A stretch of DNA of 51,264 nucleotides from Acidimicrobiia bacterium (GTDB lineage: Bacteria; Actinomycetota; Acidimicrobiia; Spongiisociales; ZC4RG35). The position numbers were made by a program, and so were the translations under genes. The stretch covers positions 1 through 51,264 of the forward strand of contig WHUC01000003.1 of the NCBI GenBank assembly GCA_009377435.1. The letters run 5' to 3'. Shown piece after piece: positions 29,581-37,301 of this stretch (within the stretch, counting starts at the first letter, position 1; every line of letters starts with the position of its first letter). Under the pieces are notes generated by a model, which did not search any database, was not told the DNA's origin, and saw only the letters and a list, made by a program, of their open reading frames with translations.

Positions 29581-30086
29581 CCTCACAGGTGGAAGAAGCG
29601 GCGGTGACGGCGATTCCCATCCTCGAGAGCGACAAGGCCGATCAACCCCTCCTGGTCGTCCTCGGTGCGGTGGCCGTCTTCGCCCTCACCGCATTGCTTG
29701 GATTCGTGTTCCCCTCCCTTCCCGCCGACTCCGACCAGGTGGTCACCTCGAACATCGCCTTCTCCGAGAGCGCCATCGAGGGTCGCACCCTCTATCAGCA
29801 GCTCGACTGCGCCTCGTGTCACACCCAGATGGTGCGACCGGTCGTCGCCGACGTCGCACTAGGTCCGGTCACACTCGAGGACACCAATCAGGTCCTCGGT
29901 GTCCGCAGGATCGGTCCCGATCTGAGTTACGTCGGGTCCCGACTGGACCCGGCCGCCATCAGGGCGATCATCACGGGTGGGGGGAACCATCCCGCGGTCT
30001 CCCTCGCCGAGGACGATCTGGACGCCCTCACCAGCTATCTCACCGAATCCCGGTCCGAGAACGTGGAGACTGACGCCGATGAGTGA
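29268..30086 (+). CDS. CcoO-like monohaem cytochrome c with an N-terminal tag and acidic linker
   Basis: EGRTLYQQLDCASCHTQMVRP and GVRRIGPDLSYVG match CcoO motifs; one TM helix. Confidence 0.88.
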   Translation: MSDLAAAAEAVGAPEEMVQRSAEARAQADGTSVEEVLAAWAGGGGGSAAPAESEADEAAPETPPEETAETPAEGAPEEEPAEQPDTTPSAAPAPAAAAEPAAAAPSQVEEAAVTAIPILESDKADQPLLVVLGAVAVFALTALLGFVFPSLPADSDQVVTSNIAFSESAIEGRTLYQQLDCASCHTQMVRPVVADVALGPVTLEDTNQVLGVRRIGPDLSYVGSRLDPAAIRAIITGGGNHPAVSLAEDDLDALTSYLTESRSENVETDADE

Positions 30087-31107
30087 TCTCTCAGCAGCCG
30101 CCGAAGCGGTCGGGGCCCCCGAGGCGATGGTCCAGCGATCGGCCGAGGCCCGCGCCCAGGCCGACGGGACCAGTGTCGAAGAGGTGTTGGCGGCCTGGGC
30201 CGGGGGCGGTACCGCCGCAGGGGCGGCGCCCCCGACCGAAGAGGCTCCCGAAGCCCCCACCGAGGAGACCGCGGAGACACCCGCCGAGGAAGCACCCGAG
30301 GAAGCACCCGCCGAACAACCCGACGCCGCACCGAGCGAGGCCCCAGCGCCCGCCGCGGCAGAACCGGCCGCCGCCGCCATCGCCCCCAGGGCCGCCCCAC
30401 CCGCACCGGAGACCGTCACGCCCGACGAAGCCGCCAACTACCCGGTGGTGATCACCGTTCCCACCGCGGGCATCAAGGAGCGCACCAACTACGCGGTGCC
30501 GACGTGGCTCGTCGCCCTGTTCATGCTGGTGCCCCTGTTCGGGCTGCTCGGCCTCGCCGGTGGCGCCGAGACGGTCTGCAACGAGGCGACGGAGCTCCAG
30601 ATGGACCGCCAGACGGGGAACCTCGTCAATTGTGACGGAACCGCCTTCGAGGGACGGGAGGCCGCCGGTGGCGGGGCGGACTTCATCGCCATCGGCGAGG
30701 GGATCTATCCCGAGTGCGCCAGTTGTCATGGCCCCAACGGTGAGGGAGGTGTCGGTCCCGCATTGGCACCGGTGACCGGGACCTTTGGCTCGTGCACCGA
30801 CCACATCGCCTGGGTCGCCGCGGGCACATCGGGGTTCCAGGCCCAGGGTCTGGGGACCTATGGGGACTCCGGTAAACCGGTGGGGGGCGGAGGCAACATG
30901 CCCGGGTTCGAGGGGACACTCGACGCCGAGCAGATGGCCTCGGTGGTGGCGTTCGAACGCGTCCGCTTCGGGGGGGAGAACCCCGAGGCGGCGTTGGTCG
31001 CCTGTGGTCTCGCCGAGGAGGAGACCACCGAAGGTGGGGAGGAGGGCGCCGAGGAAGCCGAGGGTGGCGACGGCGCCACCGTGACCACGGCCGGTTCCGG
31101 GGGCTGA
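30079..31107 (+). CDS. Membrane-anchored monohaem cytochrome c with the same N-terminal tag
   Basis: CASCHGPNGEGGVGPAL..NMPGF; one TM helix; ATG 30079 overlaps the upstream stop. Confidence 0.9.
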   Translation: MSDLSAAAEAVGAPEAMVQRSAEARAQADGTSVEEVLAAWAGGGTAAGAAPPTEEAPEAPTEETAETPAEEAPEEAPAEQPDAAPSEAPAPAAAEPAAAAIAPRAAPPAPETVTPDEAANYPVVITVPTAGIKERTNYAVPTWLVALFMLVPLFGLLGLAGGAETVCNEATELQMDRQTGNLVNCDGTAFEGREAAGGGADFIAIGEGIYPECASCHGPNGEGGVGPALAPVTGTFGSCTDHIAWVAAGTSGFQAQGLGTYGDSGKPVGGGGNMPGFEGTLDAEQMASVVAFERVRFGGENPEAALVACGLAEEETTEGGEEGAEEAEGGDGATVTTAGSGG

Positions 31108-31143
31108 TCACTCCCGGGTGATGGGCACTAGCCTTCATGATCT

Positions 31144-31236
31144 ATGCGTCCGGCAACATCCCTCGTCATAGTCATCCTCATGGCGGTCATCGTGATCGCC
31201 GGCGCCATCAAGGCTGTCGGCCTGCTTTTCCCGTGA
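31144..31236 (+). CDS. 30-aa single-TM small protein (MRPATSLVIVILMAVIVIAGAIKAVGLLFP)
   Basis: Uninterrupted hydrophobic helix, GC-rich third codon positions, 37 nt downstream of the cytochrome c gene. Confidence 0.6.
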   Translation: MRPATSLVIVILMAVIVIAGAIKAVGLLFP

Positions 31237-32029
31237 TGACCGTCCGCCCCAGGGTGAGACCGCACTCCTCGTCGGCACGCCCCTCCCGAATGGCGATGGC
31301 GAGGAGACCCGACGAGTCGACATGTAGCAGGGGGGCGCCCGGCTCGACGTCGGCGTAGGTGGTCACCCACAACAGCTCGTGATCGGTCGAGCCGATCCGA
31401 ACGGTGACCTTGTCCCCCACATTGCATCCCAGTCCCATCAGGGTCTCGGGGTCGAGGTTGGTTTGGGCGTTTCCGAAGTTGTCGATCCACCACACCTCGC
31501 CGTGAAGCTTGTCGTCCTTGATCTCGGGAAGAGGGAGAAGGAGGGGGCTGACCGAGTCGGGGTCGACTTCGGGGCCGAGATCCCCAATGCTCATCTCGCC
31601 GGTGGCGAGAAGGGCGGCCGCGGGGGCGAAGACATCACGACCGGCGAAGGTGTCACCGGGTGAGGTGATCCGGGCATCGGGATTCTCCACGGAGTGGATC
31701 CGGGTCGCCCCCCCGACCAGTGCCACCGCAGGTGACAGCAGACCGTTGTCGGGACCGATGAAGTGTCCCCGTTGGGTCTCGGCGGCGAGGGCCCGTCGGC
31801 TGGTGCCCACCCCGGGATCGACGACCGCGAGCACGATCCCGTCCTCCGGCAGATACTGAACGGCCCGCATCAGGGTGAGGGCACCGCCCCGCAGATCCCC
31901 ACGATCGACCCCGTGGGTGATATCGATCACCCGTGACTCCGGCGCCAAAGTCGCCAGGACCCCGTGGATGACCCCCACGAACTCGTCGATCAACCCGAAA
32001 TCGGATAGGAAGCTGATGGGCGCCGTCAT
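31208..32029 (-). CDS. SAM hydrolase/halogenase (DUF62) family protein
   Basis: FLSDFG..D, IDITH, VVDPGVG..RR, GPDNG, TFAGRDVFAP and IDNFGN; TACCGT -10 box 7 nt before the ATG. Confidence 0.93.
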   Translation of the reverse strand: MTAPISFLSDFGLIDEFVGVIHGVLATLAPESRVIDITHGVDRGDLRGGALTLMRAVQYLPEDGIVLAVVDPGVGTSRRALAAETQRGHFIGPDNGLLSPAVALVGGATRIHSVENPDARITSPGDTFAGRDVFAPAAALLATGEMSIGDLGPEVDPDSVSPLLLPLPEIKDDKLHGEVWWIDNFGNAQTNLDPETLMGLGCNVGDKVTVRIGSTDHELLWVTTYADVEPGAPLLHVDSSGLLAIAIREGRADEECGLTLGRTVITGKAGRQP

Positions 32030-32223
32030 GGATGGAACGGTAGTAGGGGCCGCCACACCCCCGATTCCGAACTCGTATCGATCGGCAAACCATCGGGCCG
32101 ACCCGTGACAAGAGGCATCGTGGATGGGGACGGTCGGTTGGGTTGAACCGACACCGGGTTTGGTATCCTCTAATCCTCAAAGGCAAAAGCGGGGTACGAA
32201 GCAACGAGAAAGGGGAATCCTCC

Positions 32224-34080
32224 ATGCATGGTCCAAAGCGTCTTGCCCTCATCTTGATGGTCATGGCAATGTTCTCTGCGCTCCTTCCCGTCGGCGGCCA
32301 GGAGGCGGAATCCGCCGACGCCGAGGCCGAGACCCCCGGTGAAACCGTTTACGTCTGGGCCATCACGGGCGGCACCAGTGCCGCCAGTGATTTCGCCGCC
32401 ACCGCGGCACAGGCCGACGGTGTCGTCGAGGCGACGGCAACTCTCGGTGGACTCGATCTGTCCAGCGTCGTCCGTCTTGAAGTCGAGGGAACCGATCGCG
32501 CAGCCATCGCCTCCCGACTCAGCGACGAGCTCGGTGTCCCTGTCGCACCGGGGACGACGGAGCTCTCCATCGGCGACGACCCATTGCAGGGAGAGCAGTG
32601 GGCACTTGATCCTCCCGCAGAAGGTGGCATCGAGGTGGATGACGCCTGGCAACGCTCCCGCGGCGAGGGAGTGGTTGTTGCGGTCGCCGACAGTGGTATC
32701 GACCCGAGCCACCCCGACATGGACGACATCATCGCCATCAACACCGACGAGATACCCGACAATGGCGTCGATGACGACAACAACGGGTTCATCGACGATG
32801 TCGCCGGTTGGGACTTCATCGAGAACGACCCTGTCCCCCAGGAGACCATCGGCCATGGGACTTCGGTGTCGTCGCTGATCGCCGCCCCCGAAAACGGCGT
32901 CGGAATGGTCGGAGTGGCCCCGGAGGCCAAGATCATGCCGCTGCGGGTATGTGCCGATCGGTCATGCGACCTCGACGCCGTCCTCAACGCAGTGATCTAT
33001 GCCGGTGCGAATGGCGCCGATGTCGTCAACCTGTCCCTCGGTGGGACTGCTCCCGAGGGTCATCCCGACGCCGAGACCATCAACGAGATCATCGCCGATG
33101 CCGTCGAGGAATACGACATCATCGTGATCGCAGCCGCCGGTAATAGCGCCGAAAGCACCGAGGACGTTGAACTCATCCCCGCCGAGGGCTCCGCCGTTCT
33201 CGGAGTCGCATCGACGAGCCGGGATGGATCGTTCACGGACGTCTTCGATGAGGCGGCCCCCGAGTTCGGTTCGAGCTACGGCCCCGGTATCGAGGTCGCC
33301 GCACCCGGTGATGATGTGCTCGTCGCCGACGCCACGTCCGGGGAATGGAGTCGGGGGGACGGAACCTCGTTCTCGACGCCACTGACGTCGGGCGTGGCCG
33401 CTCTCATCGAGGGCGCAAACGACCGGTCGGCGGAAGAGATTCGGGAGTACATCATGCAGACCGTCTCCGAGCACGAAAGCCTCGAAGGCCGCGTCGACAC
33501 CGCCGGAAGGACAAACGCTCGCTTTGCGGTATGGGCCAGCAAGTTCACCGACTCCCTCGGCAGCATCTTCATCGAGGACATCGCCTGGCTGACCCAGCAG
33601 CGGATCACCCTCGGATGTAACCCGCCCGTCAACAGCCTGTACTGTCCCGACCAGGACGTGGAAAGGGAGGAAATGGCGTCGTTCATCGTAAGGGCGCTCG
33701 ACCTCCCGGCCACCGATCAGGATTACTTCGAGGACGACGAGGGTTCGGTCCATGAGGGCGATATCAACTCCTTGCGCGAGGCCGGGATCACCTACGGGTG
33801 TAACCCACCGGAGAACACCGAGTACTGCCCGACCGATGTTGTGACCCGTGGCCAGATGGCGGCGTTCCTCTCCAGGGCCTTTGACCTGGAGGCAGGCGCC
33901 GACGAGAGCGCCTTCACCGACCATCAGGACAGCGTGTTCTACGAGGACATCAACAAGTTGGCCAAGGAGAACATCACCATCGGCTGCAACCCCCCGGAGA
34001 ACGACCGCTACTGCGCCGACGAGGCTGTCGATCGTGGCCAGATGGCGGCGTTCCTGCGGAGGGCCATCACCCAACAGTAA
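32224..34080 (+). CDS. Secreted S8 subtilisin-like serine protease with C-terminal SLH-like repeats
   Basis: Signal peptide; triad VAVADSG, GHGT and GTSFS; AAAGN oxyanion motif; three I(T)xGCNPP..YCP..V.R..MA.F repeats. Confidence 0.93.
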   Translation: MHGPKRLALILMVMAMFSALLPVGGQEAESADAEAETPGETVYVWAITGGTSAASDFAATAAQADGVVEATATLGGLDLSSVVRLEVEGTDRAAIASRLSDELGVPVAPGTTELSIGDDPLQGEQWALDPPAEGGIEVDDAWQRSRGEGVVVAVADSGIDPSHPDMDDIIAINTDEIPDNGVDDDNNGFIDDVAGWDFIENDPVPQETIGHGTSVSSLIAAPENGVGMVGVAPEAKIMPLRVCADRSCDLDAVLNAVIYAGANGADVVNLSLGGTAPEGHPDAETINEIIADAVEEYDIIVIAAAGNSAESTEDVELIPAEGSAVLGVASTSRDGSFTDVFDEAAPEFGSSYGPGIEVAAPGDDVLVADATSGEWSRGDGTSFSTPLTSGVAALIEGANDRSAEEIREYIMQTVSEHESLEGRVDTAGRTNARFAVWASKFTDSLGSIFIEDIAWLTQQRITLGCNPPVNSLYCPDQDVEREEMASFIVRALDLPATDQDYFEDDEGSVHEGDINSLREAGITYGCNPPENTEYCPTDVVTRGQMAAFLSRAFDLEAGADESAFTDHQDSVFYEDINKLAKENITIGCNPPENDRYCADEAVDRGQMAAFLRRAITQQ

Positions 34081-34104
34081 ACGCACAACGAATCGCGACG
34101 AGTT

Positions 34105-34136
34105 CGGGCGCCCCACCACGGGGCGCCCGTCTTGTT
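34105..34136 (+). terminator. Intrinsic terminator after the protease gene
   Basis: 10-bp GC stem CGGGCGCCCC-ACCAC-GGGGCGCCCG followed by TCTTGTT. Confidence 0.75.
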
Positions 34137-34196
34137 GCTCGCCAACCCGGCGACTGGCGATGTGGAACTCGTGCGTCAAACCCATACCATTTGCTC

Positions 34197-35075
34197 ATGG
34201 AGATCGCACCCGACGACGTGATCACGGAATTGGCCGGCGTCGACATCGTGATGGTGATCGGCGATACCGACACCGGAAAAACGACTCTGGCCCTGACGGT
34301 TGCCCGTGAGGCGATCGGGAACGGGCGGACCGTTGCCGTCGTCGACGGCGATGTGGGCTACCCGATGAATGGTCCCCCGGGATGTCTGTCCCTTACCGTC
34401 TTCCGCACCGGTGACGACGTCGACCGACTACCGGCGCCCGAGCTCCTCCATTTCGTCGGGCACATCGACCCGACGCGTCTCGCCCTCCAGCAAGTGGTGG
34501 CCACGACCAGTCTGGTAGGTCGGGCCCGCGAGATCGCCGATCTGATCATCATCGACACCACCGGTGTCATATCGGGGGTGGCCGGCCAAACCCTGCGCTA
34601 CCACGAGACCGAGTTGGTTCGACCCGACCGCATCGTGGCGATGCATCGCGGTGGGGAGCTAGAACCGGTCATCGGGATGCTGACCCGATTCTTCGATGCC
34701 AACGTTGTCGGGGTGCGGACCGCCTCCGAGCTCAACCCGTCGACGCCCGACCAACGCGCCGAGCATCGAAAGAGGAGATTCGCAACGGCCTTCGCCGCTC
34801 CCCTCGACACCTGGAAGGTGAGACCCACGGTGTTCGCCCCGACGCTTCCCGCCGGTCTCGACCTGTCACGGATCGACGGCGTCCTCGTCGGCGTCCAGGA
34901 TGGCGCCGGGTCGTGTCTCGGGGTCGGTCGCCTCGAGTATGGCGACGACACCCTACGGGTCCGCACCAACCGTGGCGAGGGCATGCGCGGTCTCCGGCTG
35001 GGATCGCTACGGATCGACCTCGATACCTTCCACACCACCCCGGTCAACCTCCGAGAACTGATGTTTGGGTTCTGA
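34197..35075 (+). CDS. Clp1/Grc3-family polynucleotide 5'-hydroxyl kinase-like protein
   Basis: P-loop GDTDTGKTT, DGDVG, GPPG and IIDTTG motifs, C-terminal G.G/LRLG region; TACCAT -10 box 6 nt before the ATG. Confidence 0.85.
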   Translation: MEIAPDDVITELAGVDIVMVIGDTDTGKTTLALTVAREAIGNGRTVAVVDGDVGYPMNGPPGCLSLTVFRTGDDVDRLPAPELLHFVGHIDPTRLALQQVVATTSLVGRAREIADLIIIDTTGVISGVAGQTLRYHETELVRPDRIVAMHRGGELEPVIGMLTRFFDANVVGVRTASELNPSTPDQRAEHRKRRFATAFAAPLDTWKVRPTVFAPTLPAGLDLSRIDGVLVGVQDGAGSCLGVGRLEYGDDTLRVRTNRGEGMRGLRLGSLRIDLDTFHTTPVNLRELMFGF

Positions 35076-35079
35076 CTTG

Positions 35080-35380
35080 ATGTGTGCGAGCTTTTTTCGG
35101 ACCCTGGTTGCATCCGGTCGTGTTGGAATCGGGACCACCGTTTTGCCCCCCTACCTGCTTCGCAGGGACCTTCCCCCCACTCCGTGGGGGGACAACGGGG
35201 CGAAGGGAAGTGGTGTGACACCACGGGACACCGCCCGTCCATCGTGGCGACGGGATCGCAGCGCGATCAGGCCAAACGTGCGAGCCGGCGGCTGTTTTTC
35301 CGGATTCCCCGACCGACCGAGGTGACCGTCAACCCGTGGTAAACCCAAGACGCCAGAATCCGGAAAAAGCTCGCACACAT
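35080..35380. repeat. 301-bp composite element bounded by 22-bp inverted repeats (family B ends) enclosing a REP-like palindrome
   Basis: ATGTGTGCGAGCTTTTTTCGGA at 35080-35101 versus TCCGGAAAAAGCTCGCACACAT at 35359-35380 (21/22); internal CCTGCTTCGCAGG and CCCCCCACTCCGTGGGGGG hairpins. Confidence 0.75.
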
Positions 35381-35564
35381 TAGAGCCTGCCCAAGGAACC
35401 CGGCGTATTCCATCCGCACTTCCCCGAACGGGTTTGTTCCGACAGGCACCTTGGGCAGTGCCGCGAACGTACGTCTCGGGGCGGCGCCAGTCAACCGGGT
35501 CGAAACCACACGTAACTGTGGTTATTCGGTCTAATTTGGGTCTACTGGATGTCGAAGATGACGC

Positions 35565-35619
35565 TTGTCCCCAGTATCCACAGGTTTCCACAGGGCTTAT
35601 CCACACCCTCTTGTCGACA
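35565..35619 (+). promoter_or_regulatory. DnaA-box cluster
   Basis: TTGTCCCCA 35565, GTATCCACA 35574, GTTTCCACA 35584, perfect TTATCCACA 35597 and TTGTCGACA 35611, all co-oriented. Confidence 0.75.
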
Positions 35620-35668
35620 ACGACCTACCGGGTTTTTTCGCGAGGACTCGGGGGACGTCGGTAACGAC

Positions 35669-36094
35669 CTACGCCCTGAGGAGGAGTCGCCAGGTGCGTT
35701 CGATCTGGTCATAGATCTCCCCGAGGATCAGATCCATCTCCTCATCGGTGACGACCTCCACCGCCGTCCGGGAGCGGAGCACCAGCCAGTCGTCATCATC
35801 GAGACACCAACGCACCCTCCACGTATCGTCGTTGCGACGCATCACAATCCTCGCCCGATCGAGACGTCCACCCAGGGGTAGCACCCCGGCCTCGGCCCGG
35901 ACCGACCGCTCCCCGACCCACCACCACACGGTGGTCGCATCCCGCACCCCCTGGGTCATCCGCACCGCCCAACGACCCTCGAACCATTCCGCCGCGACCA
36001 CATCGGAGTCGGGATGGGCCACCCAGCGGGCGATGACATCCTCCACCAGTTGACCGACGGTCACAAATACGCGTCCCGCAACAGCATTATCCAA
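35669..36094 (-). CDS. YbjN-like domain protein
   Basis: Immediately downstream of mshA as in other actinobacteria; RRND..W..R..LD.D.D..L and LILGEIY pattern; alternative start GTG 36064. Confidence 0.7.
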   Translation of the reverse strand: MDNAVAGRVFVTVGQLVEDVIARWVAHPDSDVVAAEWFEGRWAVRMTQGVRDATTVWWWVGERSVRAEAGVLPLGGRLDRARIVMRRNDDTWRVRWCLDDDDWLVLRSRTAVEVVTDEEMDLILGEIYDQIERTWRLLLRA

Positions 36095-37301
36095 CGGCCC
36101 CCTCGTACAACTCGAGAAAGCGGTCGACGCTCACCTTCCAGTCGAACTGCTCCGACCACTCTCGTGCCCCCTGGGAGAGACGCGAGGCGAGATCCTCGTC
36201 GCTTAGCACCCGCGTCACCGCAGCCGCATGATCCTCGGGCGCCCAACCCTTCACAAGGATCCCGGAGACGTCGTCCTCGATGACATGGGCGAGACCACCG
36301 ACATCGGCGGCCACCACGGGAAGACCACAGCTCTGCGCCTCGACGGCGACCAGTCCGAACGACTCCGACCGGGACGGCATCATGATCACGTCGGCGGCCC
36401 GGTAATAGTCCACGGTGTCGGCATGGGGCACCGGACCCCGGAAGTCAACGGGGAGGTGGTGCTGCTCCGCATAGCTTCGGGCCCGCCTCCGCTCACTCTC
36501 CCCACTGGATCCCGAGGCGCCACCGACAACGAGCATACGGACGTCGAGGGACTGGTTGGCGATCAGTGCGAACGCCTCCAGCGCCACATCGAGACCCTTG
36601 AGTGGCTGGATCCGCCCTATGAACAGAACGAGCGGGGCGTCCCCATCGACACCGATACGCCCCCTTGCGACCCGAGGTGGCCCCGGTGAGAAACGGGTGC
36701 GATCCACCCCGGGGGGGGTGATACACAGACTCTCCGGGCGTGCCCCATAATGGAGAAGGAGGTCGTCGGCTTCATCGCTGGTCGAGGCGATTATGCAGTC
36801 GGCCTCGGAGATCACCTCGGTCTCGGTGACTATCCGTACCAGCGGCTCCGGCTGATCGTCGTGGCGTCGGTTGATCTCCTTCACCCGACCGAGGGTGTGA
36901 AAGCTGATGACATGGGGAAGCCCCAGGGCCCGTTTCGCCAAGGCGCCGACCCACCCCGACAACCAGTAGTGGGAATGGACGAGATCAACGGTCGGCTCGT
37001 TCCTGAGTCGTTCGATAACCCGCTCGGCGAAGGTGCGCGTCCATGGGATCTGGTCGGCGATGGACAAGGGTGCCGCCGGGCCGGCGGCGATGTGATGGAC
37101 CCGACATCCTTCTACCACCTCGATGACATCGGGATCGGCGTCGTTGGTGCGACGGGTGTAGACATCGACCTCGATCCCCTCCCCGAGCATGGCGAGGGCA
37201 AGCCCCCTCACATAAACGTTCAGACCCCCGGCATCACCACTGCCCGGGTTGCCCAGAGGCGAGGTATGCATGGAGAGGAAAGCAATACGGCGGATCACCA
37301 T
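36087..37301 (-). CDS. mshA: D-inositol-3-phosphate glycosyltransferase (mycothiol synthesis)
   Basis: SMHTSPL..PG.GDAGGLNVY, HSHYWLSG, GRIQPLKG and SESFGLVAVEAQSCG. Confidence 0.9.
   Translation of the reverse strand: MVIRRIAFLSMHTSPLGNPGSGDAGGLNVYVRGLALAMLGEGIEVDVYTRRTNDADPDVIEVVEGCRVHHIAAGPAAPLSIADQIPWTRTFAERVIERLRNEPTVDLVHSHYWLSGWVGALAKRALGLPHVISFHTLGRVKEINRRHDDQPEPLVRIVTETEVISEADCIIASTSDEADDLLLHYGARPESLCITPPGVDRTRFSPGPPRVARGRIGVDGDAPLVLFIGRIQPLKGLDVALEAFALIANQSLDVRMLVVGGASGSSGESERRRARSYAEQHHLPVDFRGPVPHADTVDYYRAADVIMMPSRSESFGLVAVEAQSCGLPVVAADVGGLAHVIEDDVSGILVKGWAPEDHAAAVTRVLSDEDLASRLSQGAREWSEQFDWKVSVDRFLELYEGAVG

Noticed and set aside
27815-31107. Annotating a functional cbb3 oxidase or NO reductase (ccoNOP)
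   Set aside because: Metal-ligand histidines are absent, so gene symbols were withheld
31208-32029. Fluorinase or chlorinase biosynthetic cluster
   Set aside because: VVDPGVG is the DUF62 hydrolase-type motif and no secondary-metabolite genes are adjacent
35500-35630. Calling this oriC
   Set aside because: No dnaA, dnaN or gyr genes nearby, no strong unwinding element or clear DnaA-trio run, and gene orientation does not switch; kept only as a box cluster
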